The notes beneath the pieces are model-generated. The model made no database searches. It saw only the letters and a list, made by a program, of their open reading frames with translations, and was not told where the DNA came from. DNA of 64,000 bases from an uncultured Aquificales bacterium (GTDB taxonomy: Bacteria > Aquificota > Aquificia > Aquificales > Hydrogenothermaceae): positions 40,429-104,428 of the forward strand of contig CAZYKX010000001.1 of the NCBI GenBank assembly GCA_964648745.1, given 5' to 3'. Numbering within the stretch: position 1 is the stretch's first letter; each line of letters starts with the position of its first letter. Below, one piece after another: positions 24,402 through 33,439 of this stretch. The position numbers and the translations under genes are program-made.

Positions 24402-24518
24402 ATAAAGGTACCTCCAATATATTTTTTTACAGTTTTATTATAACATATATCAAAAAATACAATAGTAATGATTTAGATAATAGTTCCCCCATTTATAAAC
24501 ATTTATTTCTCTCACACA

Positions 24519-24670
24519 CCTGGGGTTTAAAGCTACTTAGAAAATCCATGTAATAAGGATTATCCCTAAGTAAATCCCAGGGAGCACTATTACACCCTGT
24601 ATATCTCTCCAGATACTGTTTTACCAATATCTGAAGGACTTTCTTTTTCGGTGTGGAGATCTTTATCTCC
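24519..24670 (-). ncRNA. candidate omega-RNA (reRNA)-like structured region of the TnpB relic
   Basis: Three hairpins directly 3' of the TnpB tail. (1) GGAGAT-CTTT-ATCTCC at 24655-24670. (2) CAGATA/TATCTG stem at 24610-24633. (3) A three-tier stem at 24519-24581 (CCTGGG/CCCAGG, TACTTAG/CTAAGTA, AATCC/GGATT). Confidence 0.3.
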
Positions 24671-24678
24671 TTATGAGA

Positions 24679-24830
24679 ACTTCTCTTAAGGATATTTCTT
24701 GCTCCATTCACCTATAGCATTTATTTTTCTACCACATGCTTTGCATTCAAATGTTTGTGTATCTTTTCTATTGTTTTTGTCTACATAACCACAGCTACTA
24801 CTGTAGCAAGAGATAACTAGTAATCAAAGT
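24679..24830 (-). pseudogene. TnpB C-terminal zinc-finger fragment (frameshifted)
   Basis: Minus-strand translation gives CYSSSCGYVDKNNRKDTQTFECKACGRKINA. After a 1-nt frame change it continues NGARNILKRS. This matches the TnpB CxxCG...CxxCG...NAD.NGA.NIL tail. Upstream domains are absent. Confidence 0.6.
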
Positions 24831-24949
24831 GTTTTAAGAAAATTTTCATGCCATTGTTTAACATATAAAGTCTTTTCTTCTTTGGATACAAGTACTCCAT
24901 ATTTAAACGCCTTAATTCAACAATAAAAATTTACTATGTTTATTTTCAG

Positions 24950-24978
24950 TTGACTTTAACGTTATTTTATCTTATAAT
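24950..24978 (+). promoter_or_regulatory. near-consensus sigma-70-type promoter for cydAB
   Basis: TTGACT (24950-24955), 17-nt spacer, TATAAT (24973-24978), about 110 nt upstream of the cydA ATG. Confidence 0.6.
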
Positions 24979-25028
24979 TTAACTATTAATTAACATAAAT
25001 TAAAGTGATTGAATATGATATAACTCAT

Positions 25029-25050
25029 AGTTAGTAAATATTTACTAACT
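25029..25050. promoter_or_regulatory. perfect 22-bp palindrome in the cydAB leader (candidate operator or 5'-UTR hairpin)
   Basis: AGTTAGTAAATATTTACTAACT is perfectly self-complementary. It lies between the predicted promoter and the AAGGAGG ribosome-binding site. Confidence 0.5.
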
Positions 25051-25085
25051 TATTATTTTTAATAATTTTATAAGGAGGTTGTAGC

Positions 25086-26444
25086 ATGGATGATGTAGTA
25101 TTACTTAGTAGATGGCAATTTGCCATTACTGCTCTCTTCCATTTTATTTTTGTTCCTCTTACTCTTGGACTTTCGGTTCTTGTAGCTCTAATGGAAACTA
25201 AATATGTATTATCTGGGGACAAAGATTATCTAAGAATGACAAAATTTTTTGGAAAGCTTTTTTTAATTAACTTTGCTTTAGGTGTTGTTACTGGACTTAC
25301 TATGGAATTTGAATTTGGTATGAACTGGGAACAGTATTCTCGTTATGTAGGAGATATTTTTGGTCCTCCTTTGGCTATTGAAGCTACAGTAGCATTTTTC
25401 CTTGAATCTACTTTTATTGGTATATGGGCATTTGGATGGAATAGGCTTCCACCAAAACTTCATGCTATTTCGATCTGGCTTGTAGCTTTAGGAACAAATC
25501 TTTCTGCTTTATGGATACTAATTGCAAATGGTTGGATGCAACATCCTGTTGGATATGTCATAAGAAATGGAAGAGCAGAAATGGTTGACTTTTGGGCTGT
25601 TATAACAAACTATTATGCGATATTAAAATTCTTCCATACAATTATAGCTGGCTGGGTTACAGCAGGGTTCTTTGTCCTTGGTATAACAGCTTATCACCTC
25701 TTAAAAGGTAGAGAAACTACCCTATTTAAAAAATCATTTAGCCTTGCAGCAAAATATACATTTGTAGCTTCTTTACTTGTCGTACTTATAGGAGATTTTC
25801 ACGCTAGAGAAGTTGCACATACACAACCTACAAAATTTGCAGCTATGGAAGCAATATGGGAAACCTCAAAAGACGTACCATTATATCTTTTAATTGTTCC
25901 AGATCCGGTAAATGAAAGAAATATGGTTGAATTTTTAGGATTTCCAAAACTTTTAAGTATTCTTAGTGAACAAGAAGAGTTTAAAGGATTAAAAGATTTT
26001 CCTAAAGAGGATAGACCTCCTATGCTTTTAACATTTATAAGCTTTAGATTAATGGTAGCTTTTAGTTTCTTCTTTATCTTTATTTCACTATTAGCTATAA
26101 TAAAATCTAAAAAAATAGAAGAAAGTAAAGCTTTACTAAAATTTTTACTTTACTTAATACCACTTCCTTATATAGCTTCAGAACTTGGTTGGGTTGTTGC
26201 AGAAGTAGGAAGACAACCATGGCTTGTATATGGATTAATGAAAACATCTGAAGGTGTATCAACAGCAATCAGAAGTCCTGAGGTTATTACATCATTAATT
26301 GGATTTACCCTTTTCTATGGTTTATTAGGAATTATTGATATTTACTTACTTGCAAAAAATGCAAAAAAAGGTCCTGAACCTATTGATCTTACTAAGAATG
26401 AGTATCCGATTGATGAAAAAAATCTTAAAGCTATCAATGTATAA
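25086..26444 (+). CDS. cydA: cytochrome bd ubiquinol oxidase subunit I
   Basis: Polytopic membrane protein with the EVGRQPWLVYG motif and a Q-loop region. AAGGAGG ribosome-binding site. Confidence 0.95.
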   Translation: MDDVVLLSRWQFAITALFHFIFVPLTLGLSVLVALMETKYVLSGDKDYLRMTKFFGKLFLINFALGVVTGLTMEFEFGMNWEQYSRYVGDIFGPPLAIEATVAFFLESTFIGIWAFGWNRLPPKLHAISIWLVALGTNLSALWILIANGWMQHPVGYVIRNGRAEMVDFWAVITNYYAILKFFHTIIAGWVTAGFFVLGITAYHLLKGRETTLFKKSFSLAAKYTFVASLLVVLIGDFHAREVAHTQPTKFAAMEAIWETSKDVPLYLLIVPDPVNERNMVEFLGFPKLLSILSEQEEFKGLKDFPKEDRPPMLLTFISFRLMVAFSFFFIFISLLAIIKSKKIEESKALLKFLLYLIPLPYIASELGWVVAEVGRQPWLVYGLMKTSEGVSTAIRSPEVITSLIGFTLFYGLLGIIDIYLLAKNAKKGPEPIDLTKNEYPIDEKNLKAINV

Positions 26445-26462
26445 CAATAAGGAGGTATAAAA

Positions 26463-27485
26463 ATGGATATTTATACTATATGGTTCTTTTTATGGGGATT
26501 ACTTTGGGTAGCTTTTTTTGTACTTGATGGATTTGATCTTGGAGCTGGAATATTATATAGATTCCTGGGTAAAACTGAGATAGACAAAAGAGCTATATTA
26601 AATGCTATAGGTCCTGTATGGGATGGAAATGAGGTTTGGCTTGTAACTGCGGGTGGTGCAACATACGCTGCATTTCCAATAGCATATGGATATATGTTTA
26701 GTTATCTTTATATACCTCTTCTTTTAATACTTTTCGCACTTATCTTTAGAGGTGCTTCCCTTGAGTTAAGAGCTAAAACAGATTCTGAAACGCTAAAGAA
26801 ATTTTGGGATTATTCGTTTTCCATTTCTAGTTTCCTTATAGCCTTTTTATTTGGAGTTGCTTTCGGAAATTTATTTGAAGGTTTACCAATTGATGCTAAT
26901 GGATATCACGGCAATATTTTAACATTACTTAATCCTTACGGTTTAATTACAGGATTACTATCCGCAATTAGCTTTACAATTCATGGTGGATTATGGATAG
27001 CAATAAGAACACCAGATGAATTTGCTAATCGTACATTAGCAATAACAAAAAAACTTTGGTACGTTCAAGTAGTTCTTGTAGCAATGTTTATGATTCTTAC
27101 TGGAGTATATACACATCTTTACGATAACTTCTTTAAAATGCCTATTTTATTTGTAGTACCTACTTTAGTTGTAATTTCTCTTATACTTACCGGAATTTTT
27201 ATAATGAAAAACAAACCTGTTTATGGATTTATTTTCTCATTTTTATTTATTTTAACTATAGCTGCTTCAGGTCTAATTGGATTATATCCAAATCTTCTTT
27301 TATCATCTATTGATCCACAGTATAGTATTACAGCATATAACGCAGCTGGTAGTGAATACACTTTAAAAATTATGTTATGGGTAGTAATTATTTTCGTTCC
27401 TATTGTTGTAGCATATCAAGCTATGATGTACAAACTTTTTAGTTATAAATTAACAGATGAAGAAATCAAGAAAGGACATTATTAA
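26463..27485 (+). CDS. cydB: cytochrome bd ubiquinol oxidase subunit II
   Basis: 8-TM protein immediately downstream of cydA, with the GPVWDGNEVWL motif. Confidence 0.93.
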   Translation: MDIYTIWFFLWGLLWVAFFVLDGFDLGAGILYRFLGKTEIDKRAILNAIGPVWDGNEVWLVTAGGATYAAFPIAYGYMFSYLYIPLLLILFALIFRGASLELRAKTDSETLKKFWDYSFSISSFLIAFLFGVAFGNLFEGLPIDANGYHGNILTLLNPYGLITGLLSAISFTIHGGLWIAIRTPDEFANRTLAITKKLWYVQVVLVAMFMILTGVYTHLYDNFFKMPILFVVPTLVVISLILTGIFIMKNKPVYGFIFSFLFILTIAASGLIGLYPNLLLSSIDPQYSITAYNAAGSEYTLKIMLWVVIIFVPIVVAYQAMMYKLFSYKLTDEEIKKGHY

Positions 27486-27540
27486 ATTTCTATTATGGGC
27501 TGCTTTTAAAGTAGTCCTGGGAAACTTTTTCATCAGCCTT

Positions 27541-27573
27541 AAGGAACTGTCTTTAGACAGTTCCTTCTTTATA
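27541..27573 (+). terminator. rho-independent terminator after cydB
   Basis: AAGGAACTGTC-TTTA-GACAGTTCCTT (11-bp stem) followed by CTTTATAT. Confidence 0.75.
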
Positions 27574-27592
27574 TAAATGTTAAAATATTTTT

Positions 27593-28762
27593 ATGATTAT
27601 TCTATTTTCTACAAAAAATGGTTGGTTTAAAGGAGAAGGATTTTATAAGTTTGCAAAACCATTTTTGAAAATTAGATACTATAAAAATAGATTAGTAGTC
27701 AACAATAGAGTAATTAAAACATCCAAACCCCTTCAAATTATAAACAAACTTATAAAAGGTAGTTATGCTTTAGGTTTCATTGGCTATGACTTTAATTTTT
27801 ATACACAAAAAGCAGTTAATCCAAAAAAAGATGAGCTTAATATTCCTTTAATCTATATAAATCTATATAAATCTTTTAAAAAAATAAATCTAGAAACTTT
27901 TAAAATAATAGATATGAAAGTGAAAAACTTAAAATTTAACACAAAAAGAGAAGAGTTTATTGAAAAAATAAAAAAAGTTAAAGAGTATATTCAAGCAGGT
28001 GATATATACCAAGTAAATATATCCCATCGTATAGATTTAGAAGGAATTTTTCAACCTTTTGAAATTTTTAAAAATTTAGTTCAAATTCAACCAACACCTT
28101 ACATGATGTTTATTAAAGATAAAGATTTTTCACTTATATCAGGTTCTATGGAACTATTCCTTGAGAAAAATGGAAATACAATCACCTCAAAACCAATAAA
28201 AGGAACAAGGAAACGAAGTAAAGATGAAACAGAGGATAAACAGCTAAAAGAAGAATTAAAACTTTCTGAAAAAGAAAAAGCTGAAAATCTCATGATAACA
28301 GACTTAATGAGAAATGATATTGGTAGAATATCTAAACTTGTCAGTGTTGAGAGTTTATTTGATATACAAGAGTATAATACACTGTATCAGATGATCTCTA
28401 CAGTTAAAGGTGTTTTAAAGGAAGATATTTCTTTTAAAGATATTATTATAAATACTTTTCCTCCAGGTTCTGTAACAGGAGCACCAAAAATAAGAGCTAT
28501 GGAAATTATAGATGAGCTTGAAGATAAAAGGCGTAGTGTATACTGTGGTTCTACATTTTTAATAAAACCAGATGGTAATTTTGTTATGAGCGTAGCTATA
28601 AGACAGATTATATTTAAAAAACAAAAAGCACATATATACGTAGGAAGTGGTATTGTCTGGGATTCTGATGAAGATAAGGAGTATGAAGAAACACTTATAA
28701 AATCTAAAGCAAGCTTAAAAGCCTTTAATATTAATAATTTAAATAGTTTAAAACATTCTTAA
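27593..28762 (+). CDS. pabB: aminodeoxychorismate synthase component I
   Basis: Chorismate-binding enzyme with the PIKGT lysine motif (PabB-type), PPGSVTGAPK and GSGIVWDS. Confidence 0.8.
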   Translation: MIILFSTKNGWFKGEGFYKFAKPFLKIRYYKNRLVVNNRVIKTSKPLQIINKLIKGSYALGFIGYDFNFYTQKAVNPKKDELNIPLIYINLYKSFKKINLETFKIIDMKVKNLKFNTKREEFIEKIKKVKEYIQAGDIYQVNISHRIDLEGIFQPFEIFKNLVQIQPTPYMMFIKDKDFSLISGSMELFLEKNGNTITSKPIKGTRKRSKDETEDKQLKEELKLSEKEKAENLMITDLMRNDIGRISKLVSVESLFDIQEYNTLYQMISTVKGVLKEDISFKDIIINTFPPGSVTGAPKIRAMEIIDELEDKRRSVYCGSTFLIKPDGNFVMSVAIRQIIFKKQKAHIYVGSGIVWDSDEDKEYEETLIKSKASLKAFNINNLNSLKHS

Positions 28763-29540
28763 AATCTGTTGGAATATCTGCTTTAATATTTATGGTTGTA
28801 TTTTTAAATGGATGTTTTAACATTAATTGATAAGAGTGAAGCATATGTCTACTTACCTTTTTTAAAAGGTTGTTTTCCAATTTTTTAACACCATAAATTT
28901 TATCTCCAACTATAGGATGTCTTATGGATGCCAAATGTTTTCTAATTTGATGTTTTCTACCTGTTTCTATAATAACTTGGAAATAACTAAAACCATTTCC
29001 TTTTTTTATAACTTTAAGATGTGTTATAGCTTCTTTTCCATCTATCTCTTTATTTATGGTAAAACGTTCAAATGTAGCTTCATTATGTGAGATAGCAAGA
29101 TAGACTTTATTAACATTTTTACTATCCCATATATCTTTAAATTTTTCAAATATTTTATAATCTTTTGCAAATAATAAAACACCTGATGTTTCTTTATCTA
29201 ATCTATGAATAGCTTTTATTTTTTCATTTTTAAACTTTTGTCTTAAAATATCTTCTACTGAATTTTTTTCTCTGTCACTTACTGTATTTGGTGGTTTATT
29301 AACTGCTAATATATAATCATCTTCATATATTATAGAGATATTTTTTTCTTCCTTAGGAACAAGTATCTCAACAGTATCCCCTACTTTTAAATTGTGAGAA
29401 GCTATCCAAACTCTTTTATTATTTACAATAATATTCCTACTATCTATCAAATCTTTAGCTTGATTTTTTGATATATTTAAACTTTCTGAAACAAAATCTT
29501 TTAATGTTTTCGGTGTTTTTACTATAAATTTTTTAATCAT
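28731..29540 (-). CDS. RluA-family pseudouridine synthase with S4 domain
   Basis: N-terminal S4-like region, catalytic HRLDKETSGVLLFA, GRKHQIR. Confidence 0.88.
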   Translation of the reverse strand: MIKKFIVKTPKTLKDFVSESLNISKNQAKDLIDSRNIIVNNKRVWIASHNLKVGDTVEILVPKEEKNISIIYEDDYILAVNKPPNTVSDREKNSVEDILRQKFKNEKIKAIHRLDKETSGVLLFAKDYKIFEKFKDIWDSKNVNKVYLAISHNEATFERFTINKEIDGKEAITHLKVIKKGNGFSYFQVIIETGRKHQIRKHLASIRHPIVGDKIYGVKKLENNLLKKVSRHMLHSYQLMLKHPFKNTTINIKADIPTDFKNVLNYLNY

Positions 29541-30042
29541 TTATCTTCCTTAAATAGTATTTTCTAACTTGGTTAAAAAAGTCTGCATTTTCTTTGTAAT
29601 CTAAGTATGTCCATATTAATGGTTGAAAAGTTTTATGGTGATATAGAAGTTGTAACTCAGCATAAACGCCATTACCTATATAAATTCTTGACCCTCTATC
29701 TTTTCTACTTAATGCTACTACCTGATATTCATCTAAAAAAACTGGATCTATATTAACATTTCTATTATTGTTCTCTCTAAATTTATTTTCAAGATTTTCA
29801 GAAAATTTTTTTATTTTAATACTATCTTCTTTATCAACGATTTTATCAAAAACTAAAAATTTTTTTAAAAGGTTTGGACCCATCTCTTTTTCATAAAAAT
29901 GAGAATAATCCAATGTAAACTCATCTGACTGAAAAATTATCTCACCAAAATTTTCTTTTAAATTTTTTATTGCAGCGTTAAGATTCTCTATTTTTTCCTT
30001 ATTCCACATAACTGCAAATATAATTAAAGCTTTATTTTTCAA
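29533..30042 (-). CDS. DUF4416-family protein
   Basis: FYEKEMGPNLLKKF, NVNIDPVFL and IWTYLDYK resemble the DUF4416 consensus as I recall it. Confidence 0.5.
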   Translation of the reverse strand: MKNKALIIFAVMWNKEKIENLNAAIKNLKENFGEIIFQSDEFTLDYSHFYEKEMGPNLLKKFLVFDKIVDKEDSIKIKKFSENLENKFRENNNRNVNIDPVFLDEYQVVALSRKDRGSRIYIGNGVYAELQLLYHHKTFQPLIWTYLDYKENADFFNQVRKYYLRKIND

Positions 30043-30953
30043 TGTTTTTTCTCACCTTTTGCCATTCTTAACGCATGTTTTAAAAGTGGCGCAATCATTC
30101 TTAAATTGTCTCTCACTCCTCCAGTACTTCCAGGAAGATTTATTATCAATGTACTATTTCCTGCTATACCACATACAGATCTTGAAAGTAAAGATTTTGG
30201 TGTAAATTTTATACCTACTATTCGCATAGCTTCTGAAAACCCTATCATTTCTTTTTCAATAACTTCTTTCGTAGCTTCTGGTGTGTTATCTCTCTTACTA
30301 AACCCGGTTCCACCTGTAGTAAAAATAATATCTACTTTATCAACTAAAGATTTTAACTTTTCCACAATCATATCTTTATCATCTGGAAGTATAGTATAAT
30401 CTATAACTTTTCCATTAAACTCATTTTCTATAATGTCTATAGCTACTTTTCCACTTTTATCTTCTGATAAATTTTTATAACAAGAATCACTAAGTGTTAT
30501 AACAGCACAGTTTAGTCCAGATAGATCTTCTTCATAATCTGATTTTCCACCTTTTTTAGATAGAAGTTTTATATCTGATATAACCATATTCTTATCAAAA
30601 GCTTTACACATATCATATACATTTAGTAATGCAGTAGATACTGCCGTCAATGCTTCCATTTCAACACCAGTTCTACCAATACATCTAACAAAAGATTTAG
30701 CATAAATACCATCTTCATGAAGTTCTACTTCTACAAAAGCTTGATCTATCATTATAGGATGACAAAATGGTAAAATTTCTGGAGTTTTTTTTGCACCGAT
30801 CATTCCAGCCATCATAGAAGCAGTTATAACATCACCTTTAGGAATCTGTCTATTCTTTATCATTTCAACAGTTTTTTTATCTAAGTAGATTTTGCCTTCT
30901 GCAGTAGCTTCTCTTATAGTTTCAAATTTTACTGAAACATCTACCATTTTCAT
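30039..30953 (-). CDS. moaC: bifunctional MoaC / MogA(MoaB)-domain molybdenum cofactor biosynthesis protein
   Basis: The N-half is MoaC-like (MVDVSVK..., PFCHPI, TGVEMEAL). The C-half is a MoCF-binding domain (TLSDS..., TTGGTGFSKRDNTPEAT). Confidence 0.88.
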   Translation of the reverse strand: MKMVDVSVKFETIREATAEGKIYLDKKTVEMIKNRQIPKGDVITASMMAGMIGAKKTPEILPFCHPIMIDQAFVEVELHEDGIYAKSFVRCIGRTGVEMEALTAVSTALLNVYDMCKAFDKNMVISDIKLLSKKGGKSDYEEDLSGLNCAVITLSDSCYKNLSEDKSGKVAIDIIENEFNGKVIDYTILPDDKDMIVEKLKSLVDKVDIIFTTGGTGFSKRDNTPEATKEVIEKEMIGFSEAMRIVGIKFTPKSLLSRSVCGIAGNSTLIINLPGSTGGVRDNLRMIAPLLKHALRMAKGEKKH

Positions 30954-30967
30954 CTTTTTTCTCCTTG

Positions 30968-31591
30968 TTAATTTATAATCTCAAAAATTCCTTTCTCAAA
31001 ATTGTAGTTATATATATCTCCAGTCTCAATAATAAAATACCAACCGTAAATATTTAATTTTCCTTCATTAAACCTTTCTTTTATAAAAGGATATGTAAGT
31101 AAATTTTTTATTTGGTTTACTATGTTTAACTGTTCTATTAATAGCTCTAACTTAAGTTCATCGTTTTCTTTAAATAAATTTTTAGCTGTTTCAACAGCTG
31201 GCTCTATAAGTTCAATCCATTTTTCAACATGTGGCATATTTTTTAATAAGTGTTTATGAGCTGCAGCATAACAACCACCACAGTTAGAATGTCCACATAC
31301 TACAATATTTTCAACATTCAAAGATAAAACAGCATACTCTACTGCCGAAGTAGTAGCTACATACTCTTGGGTATCTCTGTACGGTGGTACAATGTTTGCT
31401 ATATTTCTTACAGTAAAAAGTTCTCCTGGTAATGAACGTGTTATTAGGTCAGGTATAAGCCTTGAATCTGAACAACCTCTAAATAAAGTGTGCGGATTTT
31501 GTCTTTTTCCTAACTGTTTAAAAATATCTCTATACTTTTCAAAATCCTCATTTTTAAATTTATAAACTCCTTCAAAAAGTTTCTTTCCCAC
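30968..31591 (-). CDS. beta-class carbonic anhydrase
   Basis: CSDSR and HSNCGG zinc-ligand motifs. 207 aa. Confidence 0.88.
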   Translation of the reverse strand: MGKKLFEGVYKFKNEDFEKYRDIFKQLGKRQNPHTLFRGCSDSRLIPDLITRSLPGELFTVRNIANIVPPYRDTQEYVATTSAVEYAVLSLNVENIVVCGHSNCGGCYAAAHKHLLKNMPHVEKWIELIEPAVETAKNLFKENDELKLELLIEQLNIVNQIKNLLTYPFIKERFNEGKLNIYGWYFIIETGDIYNYNFEKGIFEIIN

Positions 31592-31600
31592 TTTTATCTC

Positions 31601-32131
31601 CTAAACAACTACATATATTTCTTTTAAATTTCTTCCTTCTTCTGCCCAATCTAAACCATATCCAACAACAAATTTATCAGGAATCTCAAAGCCAACAAAA
31701 TCAGCATGAAAATCTACTTCTCTTCTTTCTTTTTTATCAAGAAGTACACATGTTTTTAAAATTTTTGGTTCTCTTAATGATAAAGCTTCTACTAATGCTT
31801 TCAAAGTTCTTCCAGTATCAATAATATCATCAACAATTAAAACATTTTTACCTCTTATATCAATGGACATATCTTTGATAAAGATAACTTCACCAGAACT
31901 TTCCATACTTGTTTTATAAGATGAAACTTGCATAAAATCAATGTAAACTTTTCCTTCTAATTTTCTTACTAAATCTGCATAAAACATAAAAGAACCCTTT
32001 AAAATACCAACTACATATAGCTCCTCATTTTTGAAATAAGATTCTATCTCTTTTGCTAACTGGTGTACTTTAGTTTGAATATCTTTTTCACTTATTAAAA
32101 GCTCTAAAGATCTACCTTTAATCTCCATCAC
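31601..32131 (-). CDS. hpt: hypoxanthine phosphoribosyltransferase
   Basis: PRPP-binding motif VLIVDDIIDTGRTL. 176 aa. Confidence 0.92.
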   Translation of the reverse strand: MMEIKGRSLELLISEKDIQTKVHQLAKEIESYFKNEELYVVGILKGSFMFYADLVRKLEGKVYIDFMQVSSYKTSMESSGEVIFIKDMSIDIRGKNVLIVDDIIDTGRTLKALVEALSLREPKILKTCVLLDKKERREVDFHADFVGFEIPDKFVVGYGLDWAEEGRNLKEIYVVV

Positions 32132-32553
32132 ATCTCCTTTTTCATCAGTATTGCATCTTCACCATTTGAATAATATTTTTCTCTATAACCATATTGATAG
32201 AATCCATATTTTTTATAAAAATGTATAGCTTTTAAATTATTTGTAGAAACTTCTAAATAACAAGATTTGATTTTGTTATCTTTCATAGTTTTTAAATAAA
32301 ATTCCATTAACATTTTACCATAGCCTTTATTTTGAAATTCTGGATTTATTGCTATAAGTAAAAGTTCTGATTCATCAAATAAAAAAGAGTAGCTTAGAAA
32401 GCCAATAATCTGGTTATCAATCTCTAAAACTGTAGGATTATTTATTTCATCAAAAAAAAGCTCTCCAAAATCTCTTGTAAATGTATAAGAAAGTAGATTT
32501 TTTACTACTGGTTTATCTTTCTCTTCTAATTTCCTAAAAATCAAACTCTCCAA
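32128..32553 (-). CDS. rimI: GNAT N-acetyltransferase (RimI-like)
   Basis: GNAT motif A QNKGYGKML. 141 aa. Confidence 0.75.
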   Translation of the reverse strand: MESLIFRKLEEKDKPVVKNLLSYTFTRDFGELFFDEINNPTVLEIDNQIIGFLSYSFLFDESELLLIAINPEFQNKGYGKMLMEFYLKTMKDNKIKSCYLEVSTNNLKAIHFYKKYGFYQYGYREKYYSNGEDAILMKKEM

Positions 32554-33439
32554 TTTTTTCTGGTTTTTCTTGCCAAGAAAGTTTTCTACTTAAAACTACT
32601 TTAACTTTATCATAATCAGAAAGATTTGAAAATTCTATAACCTTTTCTTTTCCATAGTTAAGTGGATCTTTTGGTAGTATAGTATAACCATCAGTGTATA
32701 CTTGATTACCATTTTTAAATAGAATTATATCTACATAGTATTTTGGGTTTCCATGATCTGCCGTTGGAACATTATGTGGTACCTTTTTGTTTAATAATTT
32801 GACTGCTAATATAGAACCAATTTTTTCAACTTTAACATCAAAAAATTCAGGTTTTGATTTTGGAACTATAAAACCATGGTGATGTATCTCTTTTGGCATA
32901 TGCATATAGCTAAATGGAAATTTTTGGATTAATTTACCTTTTTCAGCTGGCATATGACATTGTTGACAATTTTTATCAGTATTTACAGTTTTCCATTGTT
33001 TGTATGTTTCTTGATGGCATCCTGAACATATTTCTGCTTTTGTATACTGTAAGTCTTGTGTAGAAGGATGTGGTGGTGAAAATACATCATAAGGTCCATG
33101 CATAGATTTTGTTGAATCTCTAAAGTGACAAGCTACACAGTTTACACCATCCTCTCTATGGAAATCTCTTAACTTTGGTTTTTCTGAAACAGTTATCTCA
33201 TAAGGAGCATGACAGGAAAGACATTTATCTTTTGAATAATATTCACTTGCTTTTTTAAATTCTGGACTTATCCATGCTTGAGCATGTCTTGATTCTTTAA
33301 ACTGATTGTATATATTTTCATGGCATTCGGCACACCTTTTTGCTGTAGGTCTTTCTAATAAATCTTTTTCCTGAAAAACATCTTTAAATTTATCACAAGA
33401 TGTTATTAAAAGAAGGAAAATCAAAGCTAAATATCGCAT
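32534..33439 (-). CDS. pentahaem c-type cytochrome lipoprotein
   Basis: Lipobox LLITSC. Five CxxCH motifs (CAECH, CLSCH, CVACH, CSGCH, CQQCH). Beta-rich C-terminal domain. Confidence 0.85.
   Translation of the reverse strand: MRYLALIFLLLITSCDKFKDVFQEKDLLERPTAKRCAECHENIYNQFKESRHAQAWISPEFKKASEYYSKDKCLSCHAPYEITVSEKPKLRDFHREDGVNCVACHFRDSTKSMHGPYDVFSPPHPSTQDLQYTKAEICSGCHQETYKQWKTVNTDKNCQQCHMPAEKGKLIQKFPFSYMHMPKEIHHHGFIVPKSKPEFFDVKVEKIGSILAVKLLNKKVPHNVPTADHGNPKYYVDIILFKNGNQVYTDGYTILPKDPLNYGKEKVIEFSNLSDYDKVKVVLSRKLSWQEKPEKIGEFDF

Larger units (their letters stand above)
24480..24900 (-). mobile_element. IS200/IS605-family (TnpB / IS1341-type) right-end remnant
   Basis: Contains a frameshifted TnpB C-terminal fragment followed by stacked hairpins. 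No intact transposase gene. The 5' boundary is poorly defined. Confidence 0.5.

Noticed and set aside
24402-24640. Possible lysine (L-box) riboswitch in the lysC 5' region
   Set aside because: I could not find the conserved L-box core elements. The hairpins present are contiguous with the TnpB fragment and are better explained as IS-derived. A covariance-model search would be needed to exclude it fully.
24493-24711. 72-aa ORF (MNGARNILKRSSHKEIK...) and the 73-aa plus-strand ORF at 24332-24553
   Set aside because: The first is the frameshifted tail of the TnpB relic reading through into the hairpin region. The second has no ribosome-binding site and overlaps the lysC start. Neither looks like a functional gene.
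25031-25222. 63-aa minus-strand ORF overlapping the cydA start and leader
   Set aside because: It runs antisense across the cydA ribosome-binding site and N-terminus, has no ribosome-binding site, and its start lies inside the cydA coding sequence.
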